A stretch of DNA of 64,000 nt from Enterobacteria phage vB_EcoM_IME540, in sequence record MT150133.1. One strand, written 5' to 3'. Position 1 is the first letter of the stretch. The number at the start of each line of letters is the position of its first letter. Of the stretch, positions 31,027 to 40,053 are shown one piece after another. The translations under genes were made by a program, and so were the position numbers. Under the pieces are notes generated by a model. The model was not told the DNA's origin, did not search any database, and saw only the letters and a program-made list of their open reading frames with translations.

Positions 31027-34000
31027 ATGTCTGTACAAGCGCCTTATGTTACTAGTCTGAGAATTGATAAACTCTCGGCTAACCATGTGAGCATTCTTTG
31101 GGATGACGTAGGCGCCAACTTCTATTATTTTGTAGAACTGGCCCAAACGAAGGATGCGGGTGTAGAAATTCCCGACGATAGATTATTTTGGAGAAATTTA
31201 GGTTACACCCCTAACAACGAATGGTTTGAAGAGGCATTCATTTCTCCTAATTCGTTTTATAAAATGCGAGTTGCGGTGGCAGCCCAGGGGTTTGAGCAGT
31301 CTGAATGGGTTTATACTGAAGAATTTGAAACTTTCTCTACCAACGCATATACATTTGAGCATATGCGTGAATTCACTTTGTCTAATAAGTTTATTGAAGA
31401 AAAATTCACAAACAATAACCAGAATTATGTGAACTTTAATACTGACGCCATTATGGCTTCTTTGATGAGTGAAGATTTTAACTTTACCCCTGCATATTCG
31501 CATTTGTCATCTATATCGAATTATGTTTTAAAAGCCGATCGTTTCCATGAAATCCAAGGAAGCATCCAAGCTGTTTGTAAAGACCCTAAACGTTCTATTT
31601 TAATGGAACTTGGTGGTGTACTTTACCTTTTAGAAAGATTCCAAAGCACCGCTAAGGTTTCTAATGATAAAGGGCAGAACTGGCATTATATCCGTTTGTT
31701 TAATGACCGGGTAGGTAATCCTGTTTCACGTACGGTACATTACCAAACCGACACGACCACTTATGTTCTAGGTTATGACCAAATATTTTACGGGCGTAAA
31801 TCAAGTGATATTCGTTGGTCTGCTGATGATGTTAGATTTAGTTCCCAAGATGTAACATTTGCTAAAATCGGTAGTGATATTGACCTTCCATTTGAAATCG
31901 AGATATTTGGTTCTTATGCGAAACTTCCTTTGCCTATTTCCACTATTGCTGAAGCTATGTGTGCTTCGGACGATTTCATTTATGTTGCAGGTAGAGACAG
32001 GGTTTATAAAGCAAAAACATCTGAGGCCCCTATCGACACGGACCCTAGTTCTCCGACTTACGGGGAGAAGATATTTGAAAGCGGTTATTCAACCATCACA
32101 GGGAACCCTAAAGCTGTTTGTTATAAATTAGATTCGATTCAAGGAAATACCTTTGCTTTAATTACAGGTGAAGTTAAAGAAGAGAAAATGGACCCTACAG
32201 TCGAATCCAATGTTATTGATTCTGAATCTAAAGGTGTTTATTGGTTAGACACTTCAACCGATACATGGACCCGTGTATTTGGAAACACCGAAGAAGAACG
32301 TCGTCGTATAGAACACGGATATACTAGCATGTCTACCGACGGAGAGGAATTATTTTTCAGTTCAAGCAACTTTAGATATGAAGTAGAGGTTGATTCTGAA
32401 CTTCCTTTGGAATATCCTGAAATTGTTACCTCAGCCGTTAAATATGTTAAAGACGAACAATGGATTCATGATAAGCATTATTTGATGATGAGTTTTAGGT
32501 CCAACTCTAAATCAGATTTTAAAGAATTTAAACCAGGGCGTATGGCTTATTATGCCGAACCATTCTTTAGTTGGTCCCGTCGTGATGGAACCCGTTCGTG
32601 GATTACTACTAGCGACCATGCGATGGTTGTTTATAATGATGCTTTATATCAGAAAATTATCGACCTGAACAGTGGTTCTTCACCTGAACGTATTGTTCAT
32701 GAGATTTGGAATAAAGGTTTTTGTAAAGTCACATCTCCTAATATAGAGTTTAATGGCTTTAAGAAATATTCTTCAGGAATGATGATTCATAAATCGACAG
32801 GTGAATTGGTTGGATATTTTGAATTCGACTATCGTGTACGTGATGAAGTTCGCGTCATTTGGAAGCCTAAAGAAATTATGTTTACGGCCGAATTACAAAA
32901 CCAGGAACATGAAATCCCATGGAAACCTAAAGAGGAAGTTGGTGAGCAGGACCCAGACCTCCAGCCTTTACTGGTTAAAATGATTCCAGATAGTTATTTG
33001 CTTCAAGATTCTAACTTTGAAAAATTCTGCGAATACTATCTCCAATTTATTAGTGATGGTTCCGGTACACACTATAATAATTTGTTGAATCTTATTCGTA
33101 ACCAATACCCACGTGAAGAAGATTCATGGGAATATTTGTGGTCAGAAATCTATAAGCGTAATATCTATTTGTCGAAGGAAAAACGTGATGAAGTTGTTCG
33201 TTTTTTCCAGGCACGCCAAAGCGATTTTTGGTCTACTAAAGGTACCGAAGCTTCTTATAAGTTCCTGTTTAAATTGCTTTATAACGAAGATGTTGAAATT
33301 GATATCGAGTCCAAGAACTCTATTGAATACGATATCATCGTAGAATCTGATAATATCAGTGAAGATATTGTCGGCCAAACCATTTATACTCCTACAGGAC
33401 GTAGTAATGTTACTTATATTGAACGTAACTATAAACAAGGTAAACTGCAATGGCGTTTAACCATTCATAACCTTTTGGGTCGTTTTATAGTCGGCCAGGA
33501 AATTAAATCTGAACGTACTTCGTTCAAGGGTATGATTGTGCGTGGTGTACGTGGTAAAGAACTTTTAAGTAACAATATAGACTATATCAACCGTAACCGC
33601 TCTTATTACGTGATGACTATTAAATCTAATCTCCCTACCTCTCGTTATCGCAACGATGTTTTGAGATTTGTCCATCCGGTAGGTTTCGGCTTTGTAGGTA
33701 TAACTTTGCTTTCTATGTTTGTTAACGTTGGTTTAACGCTAAAACATACAGAAACTATTATTAATGTCCTTAAGAACTACAAATGGGACTCTGGTTTGCC
33801 ATCTGAATGGTATGATAGAGTTGCTGTAATAGGTTTTGATGGTAATATAGAACGAGACCCTCGTACAGGTGCTCCGATGTACAACGTCGGCCCTAAAGCA
33901 GGTGAACCGTTTGATATTCCTGCCGATTATGATGCAGAAAACGATTTCTCTGTATTCCAAGGTCAATTACCACACGAACGTATTAAAAAGCATAGTCCAT

Positions 34001-34122
34001 TGTTTGACCAAAGTGCTGTGACCTTTGCCAATTGGCGTGCACTGGTTGATAAACGTCTTAAAGACGATATTGGAAATCCTAGAGACCCTAAAGTTCCAAC
34101 TCAGGTAAAAATTAATGATTAA
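31027..34122 (+). CDS. 7: gp7 baseplate wedge initiator
   Basis: 1031 aa (T4 1032). AAGGAG SD. Synteny. Confidence 0.9.
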   Translation: MSVQAPYVTSLRIDKLSANHVSILWDDVGANFYYFVELAQTKDAGVEIPDDRLFWRNLGYTPNNEWFEEAFISPNSFYKMRVAVAAQGFEQSEWVYTEEFETFSTNAYTFEHMREFTLSNKFIEEKFTNNNQNYVNFNTDAIMASLMSEDFNFTPAYSHLSSISNYVLKADRFHEIQGSIQAVCKDPKRSILMELGGVLYLLERFQSTAKVSNDKGQNWHYIRLFNDRVGNPVSRTVHYQTDTTTYVLGYDQIFYGRKSSDIRWSADDVRFSSQDVTFAKIGSDIDLPFEIEIFGSYAKLPLPISTIAEAMCASDDFIYVAGRDRVYKAKTSEAPIDTDPSSPTYGEKIFESGYSTITGNPKAVCYKLDSIQGNTFALITGEVKEEKMDPTVESNVIDSESKGVYWLDTSTDTWTRVFGNTEEERRRIEHGYTSMSTDGEELFFSSSNFRYEVEVDSELPLEYPEIVTSAVKYVKDEQWIHDKHYLMMSFRSNSKSDFKEFKPGRMAYYAEPFFSWSRRDGTRSWITTSDHAMVVYNDALYQKIIDLNSGSSPERIVHEIWNKGFCKVTSPNIEFNGFKKYSSGMMIHKSTGELVGYFEFDYRVRDEVRVIWKPKEIMFTAELQNQEHEIPWKPKEEVGEQDPDLQPLLVKMIPDSYLLQDSNFEKFCEYYLQFISDGSGTHYNNLLNLIRNQYPREEDSWEYLWSEIYKRNIYLSKEKRDEVVRFFQARQSDFWSTKGTEASYKFLFKLLYNEDVEIDIESKNSIEYDIIVESDNISEDIVGQTIYTPTGRSNVTYIERNYKQGKLQWRLTIHNLLGRFIVGQEIKSERTSFKGMIVRGVRGKELLSNNIDYINRNRSYYVMTIKSNLPTSRYRNDVLRFVHPVGFGFVGITLLSMFVNVGLTLKHTETIINVLKNYKWDSGLPSEWYDRVAVIGFDGNIERDPRTGAPMYNVGPKAGEPFDIPADYDAENDFSVFQGQLPHERIKKHSPLFDQSAVTFANWRALVDKRLKDDIGNPRDPKVPTQVKIND

Positions 34123-35119
34123 TTCTACAGTAGTTTACCGTTCTATTGTTACTTCAAAATTTAGAACGGAAAAAATGTACAACTTTTACAGAACAATAGG
34201 TGATGGTGAAGATCAGAACACTATGTATGTATCTTTCGGAAGGGCCCGACCATGGGCCGATAACGAAAATGACCCAGGTTTTGCACCACCATATCCTGTA
34301 GATGATTCTGAAGGCGTAGAAGACGTCTGGACCAACATGATGGGTTGTGTTAAGGTTTATAAGAGTATGCTGGATTGTGTTGTCCCTCGCAAAGACTGGG
34401 GTGACACCTCTTATCCTAACCCGTTTACTTTCCAGATTGGTGAAATTGTAGTGGCGAACAGCCAGCCGCAAAACCGTACTGATGTCGGCGCTGGATGGAT
34501 GGTTTATCGTTGTGTAGATATTCCTGAATCGGGTACATGTTCTATTTTGTCCCTTGATAATAAAACCGAGTGTATTAAACTTGGTGGTAAATGGACTTCA
34601 AATGTACAGTCGGTTAAAGCCCCTGCAGGACAAGGCGATACGGAAGGTATGGTTGATACAGGAGATGGTTATCTCTGGGAATATTTGTATGAGATTCCAC
34701 CTGATGTAAGTATCAACCGTTGCACTAATGAATATATTGTGGTTCCATGGCCAGAAGAAATTGCTGAAGACCCAGAACGTTGGGGATACGAGAATAACCT
34801 TACTTGGCAGCAAGACGATTATGGATTGATTTATCGTATTAAAGGCAATACCATTCGTTTTAAAGCATTCTTAGATTCAGTTTACTTCCCTGAATTTAGT
34901 CTTCCCGGTAACAAAGGATTTAGACAGCTTTCGATAATTTCTAATCCATTAGAAGCTAAAGCTCACCCATCCGATCCGATCATTAAAGCCGAAAAAGAGT
35001 ACTATGATGTTATAGACCTCTCCCGCCATTCAGGTGAAATGATTTATATGGAAAACCGTCCTCCGGTTATTCGTTCCATGGACCAAACAGAAGAAATTAA
35101 CATTATCTTCGAATTCTAA
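34115..35119 (+). CDS. 8: gp8 baseplate wedge protein
   Basis: 334 aa, as in T4. VYRSIVTSKFRTEKM, GFAPPYP, YLWEYLYEIPPDVSINRCTNEYIVVPWPEE and HSGEMIYMENRPP match T4 gp8. Confidence 0.95.
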   Translation: MINSTVVYRSIVTSKFRTEKMYNFYRTIGDGEDQNTMYVSFGRARPWADNENDPGFAPPYPVDDSEGVEDVWTNMMGCVKVYKSMLDCVVPRKDWGDTSYPNPFTFQIGEIVVANSQPQNRTDVGAGWMVYRCVDIPESGTCSILSLDNKTECIKLGGKWTSNVQSVKAPAGQGDTEGMVDTGDGYLWEYLYEIPPDVSINRCTNEYIVVPWPEEIAEDPERWGYENNLTWQQDDYGLIYRIKGNTIRFKAFLDSVYFPEFSLPGNKGFRQLSIISNPLEAKAHPSDPIIKAEKEYYDVIDLSRHSGEMIYMENRPPVIRSMDQTEEINIIFEF

Positions 35120-35122
35120 TAA

Positions 35123-35140
35123 GGGCCGCAAGGCCCTTTC
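35123..35140 (+). terminator. hairpin terminator after gene 8
   Basis: GGGCC-GCAA-GGCCC followed by TTTC. Weak U tract. Confidence 0.5.
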
Positions 35141-35181
35141 GGGGTTTAATAAATACAGTATATCAATAATGAGGCATACCT

Positions 35182-36042
35182 ATGATTAAGCAAACTGGTA
35201 AAGAACTAATTGACGTCGGTGAAATTGGTAATGCCAGCACCGGCGACATTCTTTATGACGGCGGTGTTAAACTGAACACTGACTTAAACAACATCTATAA
35301 TACTTTTGGCGACCAACGTAAAACTGCTTTAACCGGCGAATTAACAGGTCAGAAATTACACGCTACAGGCTACTATCAAAAATTTGGTGATACCGACCAA
35401 GCAAGTTCAGTTGATTTAGGCTCCTTGGTAGATATCGATGCTTCTACCGGTTCTATCGTATTAACCACTGTAAAAGGTGCAGTCGGTGAAGGAATCGAGA
35501 TTATCAACTCTAATGGAAGTATTTCTTCCACTAATTATCTTGAAATCCGTATATTGGATACTTTTGCAAGCCATTCAACTTCGACTTTGCGCATCGTAAC
35601 ACCTTATACACGAGTTCTTTTATGGTGTGTATCGGATACAAACGGCGTTGCGGTATGGGATTATTCAATTGAAAGTATGTTTGGCGATAAACGAGTTCCA
35701 TTAAATAAGACATATAATATATCTTCTGTCGCTCGTGATATCCCGGTGGTTTATTCCGGCCAGTACTCATTGCTCAAACTTTTAGTTACGGCAGTGAATG
35801 CTAATGAAACCATTTACAAAGCTTCAGAATATCTTGTGTTTATCGACAACCAAGCTAAAAAGATTTATTCCACTGAATACGGTGTTATTAAACGTGGACA
35901 AACTTCAGATGATGACGAAATTTATTCTCTAGATTTTAAATTCGATACATCAAACTATATTATCGCGACCGCTTCTTCTGTCAACCCTATGAGGCTTGCA
36001 ATTAAGGTCGTAGAAACCCAAACTATTGGAGTTCCAGTATAA
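35182..36042 (+). CDS. 9: gp9 baseplate wedge / long tail fibre socket
   Basis: 286 aa (T4 288). GEIGNASTGDILYDGG, YNTFGDQRK, HATGYYQK, NSNGSIS and WDYSIESMFG match T4 gp9. Confidence 0.94.
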   Translation: MIKQTGKELIDVGEIGNASTGDILYDGGVKLNTDLNNIYNTFGDQRKTALTGELTGQKLHATGYYQKFGDTDQASSVDLGSLVDIDASTGSIVLTTVKGAVGEGIEIINSNGSISSTNYLEIRILDTFASHSTSTLRIVTPYTRVLLWCVSDTNGVAVWDYSIESMFGDKRVPLNKTYNISSVARDIPVVYSGQYSLLKLLVTAVNANETIYKASEYLVFIDNQAKKIYSTEYGVIKRGQTSDDDEIYSLDFKFDTSNYIIATASSVNPMRLAIKVVETQTIGVPV

Positions 36043-37853
36043 TGAAACAAGACTTAAAAGTAGGTTCCGCTGTTGATGACGGGTCCGGTGATTACCTGCG
36101 CGCAGGTGGTCTTAAAATTAATAACAACTTCAATGAGCTTTATTACCAATTAGGCGATGGCAATAACCCGCATGCAGCAGGTGCTTGGAAACAACATTCT
36201 ACTGAAGATGGTGCTTTGTTGAACGCCGTAATGGGTCATAGCTATACCCTGAATACCCAAGGCGGACGTATTAACGTTCAGCTTCCTAAAGGCTCCCCTG
36301 AAGAATATAACTTTGTTATCCGTGTACGTGACGTGTATTCTTCATGGCAAGCTAACCCGGTGACCCTAATCCCTGCCACAGGTGATACCATTAAGGGTTC
36401 AGCTACTCAAGTAGAAATTGCTCGCAACTTCTCTGACCTTGAATTAGTTTATTGTGCCCCAGGACGTTGGGAATATGTTGAAAATAAGCAAGTAAACCGT
36501 ATTCCAAATAACGACCTTGCTACTGTAGCAACCAAGCAGTTTATTGCCACCGAAGGTCAAACAGATTTTCTAGATGTTTTCCCAGGTCTTTCTTATAACG
36601 TAGCAAGTTTAAGCGTTTCACAACGTGGTAACAATTTGTTCTACGGTATTGATGATATTTTTGATGCGGCTACTGCAGAGTTCGGTTCCCCAGGTGCTCA
36701 ACCAGGTGAATTGGTTGCCTTGAATGGTAAGGACATCCGTTTAAAATATCCTTGTGAAGCAGGTGATACTGTTATTATCAAATCGTATAATGACGGGCTT
36801 GCTCAATGGCGTAGTTCTTATAACCGTCGTGATATAACAATCCAAAGTTCAGAATTGACTAAAAATGTTTCTGTTCCTGGTTCTTCTTTCGTCGGAGATT
36901 TGAATACTTCACATGTTATATCGGCCGCAGATTTGAATATTTCTGTTAATAGTCCTATCAACCCAAATGCTTGCCAAGTTATGCTGAATAGCACATTACT
37001 TCATCAAGCTGGTACGGCAGGACTTCCTTCGTTTTATTGTGAAGGCGCTGATGGTCGTACTGCTACCGAGTGTTTTAATGCTGGTGGCCAATGGACCCGA
37101 TCTAAATCTGATTATATTTTTAATTTGACTCCTGAAGATAAGATTGAATCCATCGAATTTGGACGTAACTTCGAACATGGCGATATTCTTACAGTAATTT
37201 GGTACAATAATGATATCGGTACTACCATGGAAATTGATGAGATTTTGGATTATACCAACAACATCTATATTTCTAAAGGTCCATCTATTGATATAACAGG
37301 CCAGGTTCGTATTACTGATGTAGATAATCCTTTTGCACCTAACGTTGAGCCGGTTGCCTCGTCTAATATTACAATAGACACAGCAGCAACATTTTTTGAT
37401 TTAATTTACCCTATAGGAACTATCTACGAGAACACCGTGAATCCTAATAACCCTAAAACTTATATGGGCTTTGGGTCATGGAAGCGTTTATCTGATGTGT
37501 TCTTGGTAGGTTGGTCTCCTGACGCGGCTTCTTTGTTTAATGCAAATAATAACGATCTGGATTCTGCTGGTATTCCACAGTCAACTGCAGGTGGTACTGG
37601 TGGTGCTCATGTGGCTAATTTGAAATATGAGAATATCCCTGAACTTAATACTGATGATAAAGTCCTTATTGCTGATAACGATGGCCCTATTTTTGTAGGT
37701 GGATGTTTAGTTGACCCTGATTCACAAGGACCGGCTTATACAAAATATCGTGAAGATAAAGCCAGTATTAATAAGGCTCAAGGAACCACTCCTATCCCGG
37801 TTAATACTCTACCACCATACTTAACTGTTCATCGCTGGATGAGGATTGCATAA
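36042..37853 (+). CDS. 10: gp10 baseplate wedge protein
   Basis: 603 aa (T4 602). DDGSGDYLRAGG, DLELVYCAPGRWEYVENKQ, IYPIGTIYENTVNPNNPKTYMGFGSWK and YTKYREDKAS match T4 gp10. Confidence 0.95.
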   Translation: MKQDLKVGSAVDDGSGDYLRAGGLKINNNFNELYYQLGDGNNPHAAGAWKQHSTEDGALLNAVMGHSYTLNTQGGRINVQLPKGSPEEYNFVIRVRDVYSSWQANPVTLIPATGDTIKGSATQVEIARNFSDLELVYCAPGRWEYVENKQVNRIPNNDLATVATKQFIATEGQTDFLDVFPGLSYNVASLSVSQRGNNLFYGIDDIFDAATAEFGSPGAQPGELVALNGKDIRLKYPCEAGDTVIIKSYNDGLAQWRSSYNRRDITIQSSELTKNVSVPGSSFVGDLNTSHVISAADLNISVNSPINPNACQVMLNSTLLHQAGTAGLPSFYCEGADGRTATECFNAGGQWTRSKSDYIFNLTPEDKIESIEFGRNFEHGDILTVIWYNNDIGTTMEIDEILDYTNNIYISKGPSIDITGQVRITDVDNPFAPNVEPVASSNITIDTAATFFDLIYPIGTIYENTVNPNNPKTYMGFGSWKRLSDVFLVGWSPDAASLFNANNNDLDSAGIPQSTAGGTGGAHVANLKYENIPELNTDDKVLIADNDGPIFVGGCLVDPDSQGPAYTKYREDKASINKAQGTTPIPVNTLPPYLTVHRWMRIA

Positions 37854-38518
37854 TGACTTTAACTGAAATGAAAAGCGGGTTAAAATCCCGCTTAGCTGAT
37901 TATTTGGAATTATCTTATACCAGTGACAAGCCTACTGCTGTCGCTGACCAACGACCTATTGGTGGCCCTTCTGCAAACCAAACCCAGAAGGGTGTTTATT
38001 TTCCTACGGTCCAAAGTGCAATAGATGATATTGCATTTAGAGCAGAGCTTCCTGTGAACTCTGTTATTGTTACTACGGAAAATAGAGCCCCCGGATTTAT
38101 TCAGCAATCTGATAAAATTACATTTACTGGTTCTATTTCTTCGGGTGGTGAACTTGGCGACCCGGTTATTATTAAAGTGTTTGGACTTCCTGTAGAGGTC
38201 TTAGTTGGTGATTCATCCGTATTGGTTGCATCTAAAGTAAATGATGTGTTTTTAGACGCTATTGCTAATAGCTATATTTTGGCCGAAACTGCTATTGATG
38301 CCTTAGACCAATCTACCTTGAATATTAAATACAATGACTATCAGAATCATATTTTTTCACCATATAAACAATCGGGTTGTACAATTTCCCATACCATAGT
38401 CCAACAGCCGAGGGCTGGATACGGCAAGTGGGAATACTTAGGTAACTCTACCCAATCGTTAGCAGGTGGTACAGTTAACGGCACGATTCCTTTATATTAC
38501 TATAAGAGATTATATTAA
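37853..38518 (+). CDS. 11: gp11 baseplate wedge / short tail fibre connector
   Basis: 221 aa (T4 219). SRLADYL, VFGLPV and GYGKWEYLG match the pattern of T4 gp11. Synteny. Confidence 0.88.
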   Translation: MTLTEMKSGLKSRLADYLELSYTSDKPTAVADQRPIGGPSANQTQKGVYFPTVQSAIDDIAFRAELPVNSVIVTTENRAPGFIQQSDKITFTGSISSGGELGDPVIIKVFGLPVEVLVGDSSVLVASKVNDVFLDAIANSYILAETAIDALDQSTLNIKYNDYQNHIFSPYKQSGCTISHTIVQQPRAGYGKWEYLGNSTQSLAGGTVNGTIPLYYYKRLY

Positions 38519-40044
38519 TGTCAACAAACACACTAAAACACATTAGTGATAAATCGGAATTCAAATCATTCGACCCTACTGGGTCGAATTTCCCACCTGA
38601 TATTACTAATGTTCAAGAAGCATTGGCAACTATTTCATTAATCGGTGTCACAGGTAATGTTCCTTCAGCCACAGAAACATCCCAAGGTATTATTCGTCTG
38701 GCCACAACACAAGAAGTAATGGATGGATTGGATGCTTATAGTGCAGTGACCCCAGCAACTTTAAAAGCCCGTTTAGATATTCCTACTCAGGCAACAGAAA
38801 CTTATGTAGGTATCACCCGTTACGCTACTAACGCTGAAGCTATAGCAGGCACAGAGCCCCAGGCTGCAATCGTAGCAACCTCTTTGAAAGCGGTAATGGA
38901 TTATACATTTGAGAACCGTTTATCAACAGAGAACGCCACAGGCGTTATCAAGATTTCAACTACACCTGCTGCATTAGCTGGTACCGATGATACCACAGCG
39001 ATGTCCCCACTTAAAGTATCGCAAGCAATTGGTGCAGCGACAGCAGCTTTACCGGTTTATTCTACGGCAACGACTACAAATGAAGGTTTAGTTCGTTTAG
39101 CGACTAATGCTGAAGTTGGTAATGGAAATCTTTCTGTAGGTATCGCTATTTCTCCAGCAGGATTAGCCACATTAACTTCCACCGAAGAACGAAGCGGTAT
39201 TATTAAACTCGCTGGTTGGGATATGGTATCTAATGGTACTGACCACACCGCCGCTGTTACACCTGCTTCTTTGTTAGCTCGTACAGGTAATACCGGACGC
39301 ATTGGATTGGTTCGATTATCTACTACCGTAGGTCAAGGCGACGGTAATACAGCACTGGCTTATAATGCTAACGTTATTTCTACTTCAGGCGGTGAAATAT
39401 GGGGTACTTTAAACGTTAATGGCGCATTACGCCGTAATGGTGTTGATGTTGTTACCCACGACCAATTATCAGATAGCGTCCCGGTAGGTACTATTTGTAT
39501 GTGGGGTGGCCATGAAGGTAATATACCTGGTAAATGGCGTGCTTGTGTAGGTGGGACTTACACCGGTGGAGCATATTTAAATGCTGTTGGTGGACGTTGG
39601 GGATGGTGGGGTGCTATTCCGGATTTCCGTGGATTATATCCTCGTGGCGCTAACATGGTTGGCGGATATTCTGAAGGCGAAGTTAACCCACATATTGCCG
39701 GTAACCGAGGAGAAGACGGTAAAGGTAAAGCCCGTTTAGGTAATGGTGTTGGTTCGTTCCCACAATCTTCCGTTCAAGCCCAAGCATTACGTTATCATAA
39801 ACATGCTGGTGGTTTTGGTGAACACGATAACTATGGCGCTTTTGGTAACACCGCTAACTCCGGATATGTTGGTACTCGTAAAGGACTTGACTGGGATAAC
39901 CGTAGTTATTTTACTAACGAAGGGTTTGAAACCACCGATCCTTGGAACCGTGATGGCCATAGCACACTGAATAGTGAAGGACTTATTGCAAATGAAACAC
40001 GTCCTTGGACAATGTCCGTTCTTTTTATTATTAAAGTAGAATAA
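38518..40044 (+). CDS. 12: gp12 short tail fibre
   Basis: 508 aa (T4 527). FDPTGSNFPPDITNVQ and the repeated (A)VTPA(T/S)L units. The C-terminal receptor domain with YHKHAGGFGEHDNYGAFGNT...GTRKGLDWDNRSYFTNEG...ETRPW matches T4 gp12. Confidence 0.95.
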   Translation: MSTNTLKHISDKSEFKSFDPTGSNFPPDITNVQEALATISLIGVTGNVPSATETSQGIIRLATTQEVMDGLDAYSAVTPATLKARLDIPTQATETYVGITRYATNAEAIAGTEPQAAIVATSLKAVMDYTFENRLSTENATGVIKISTTPAALAGTDDTTAMSPLKVSQAIGAATAALPVYSTATTTNEGLVRLATNAEVGNGNLSVGIAISPAGLATLTSTEERSGIIKLAGWDMVSNGTDHTAAVTPASLLARTGNTGRIGLVRLSTTVGQGDGNTALAYNANVISTSGGEIWGTLNVNGALRRNGVDVVTHDQLSDSVPVGTICMWGGHEGNIPGKWRACVGGTYTGGAYLNAVGGRWGWWGAIPDFRGLYPRGANMVGGYSEGEVNPHIAGNRGEDGKGKARLGNGVGSFPQSSVQAQALRYHKHAGGFGEHDNYGAFGNTANSGYVGTRKGLDWDNRSYFTNEGFETTDPWNRDGHSTLNSEGLIANETRPWTMSVLFIIKVE

Positions 40045-40053
40045 GGGTAAAAA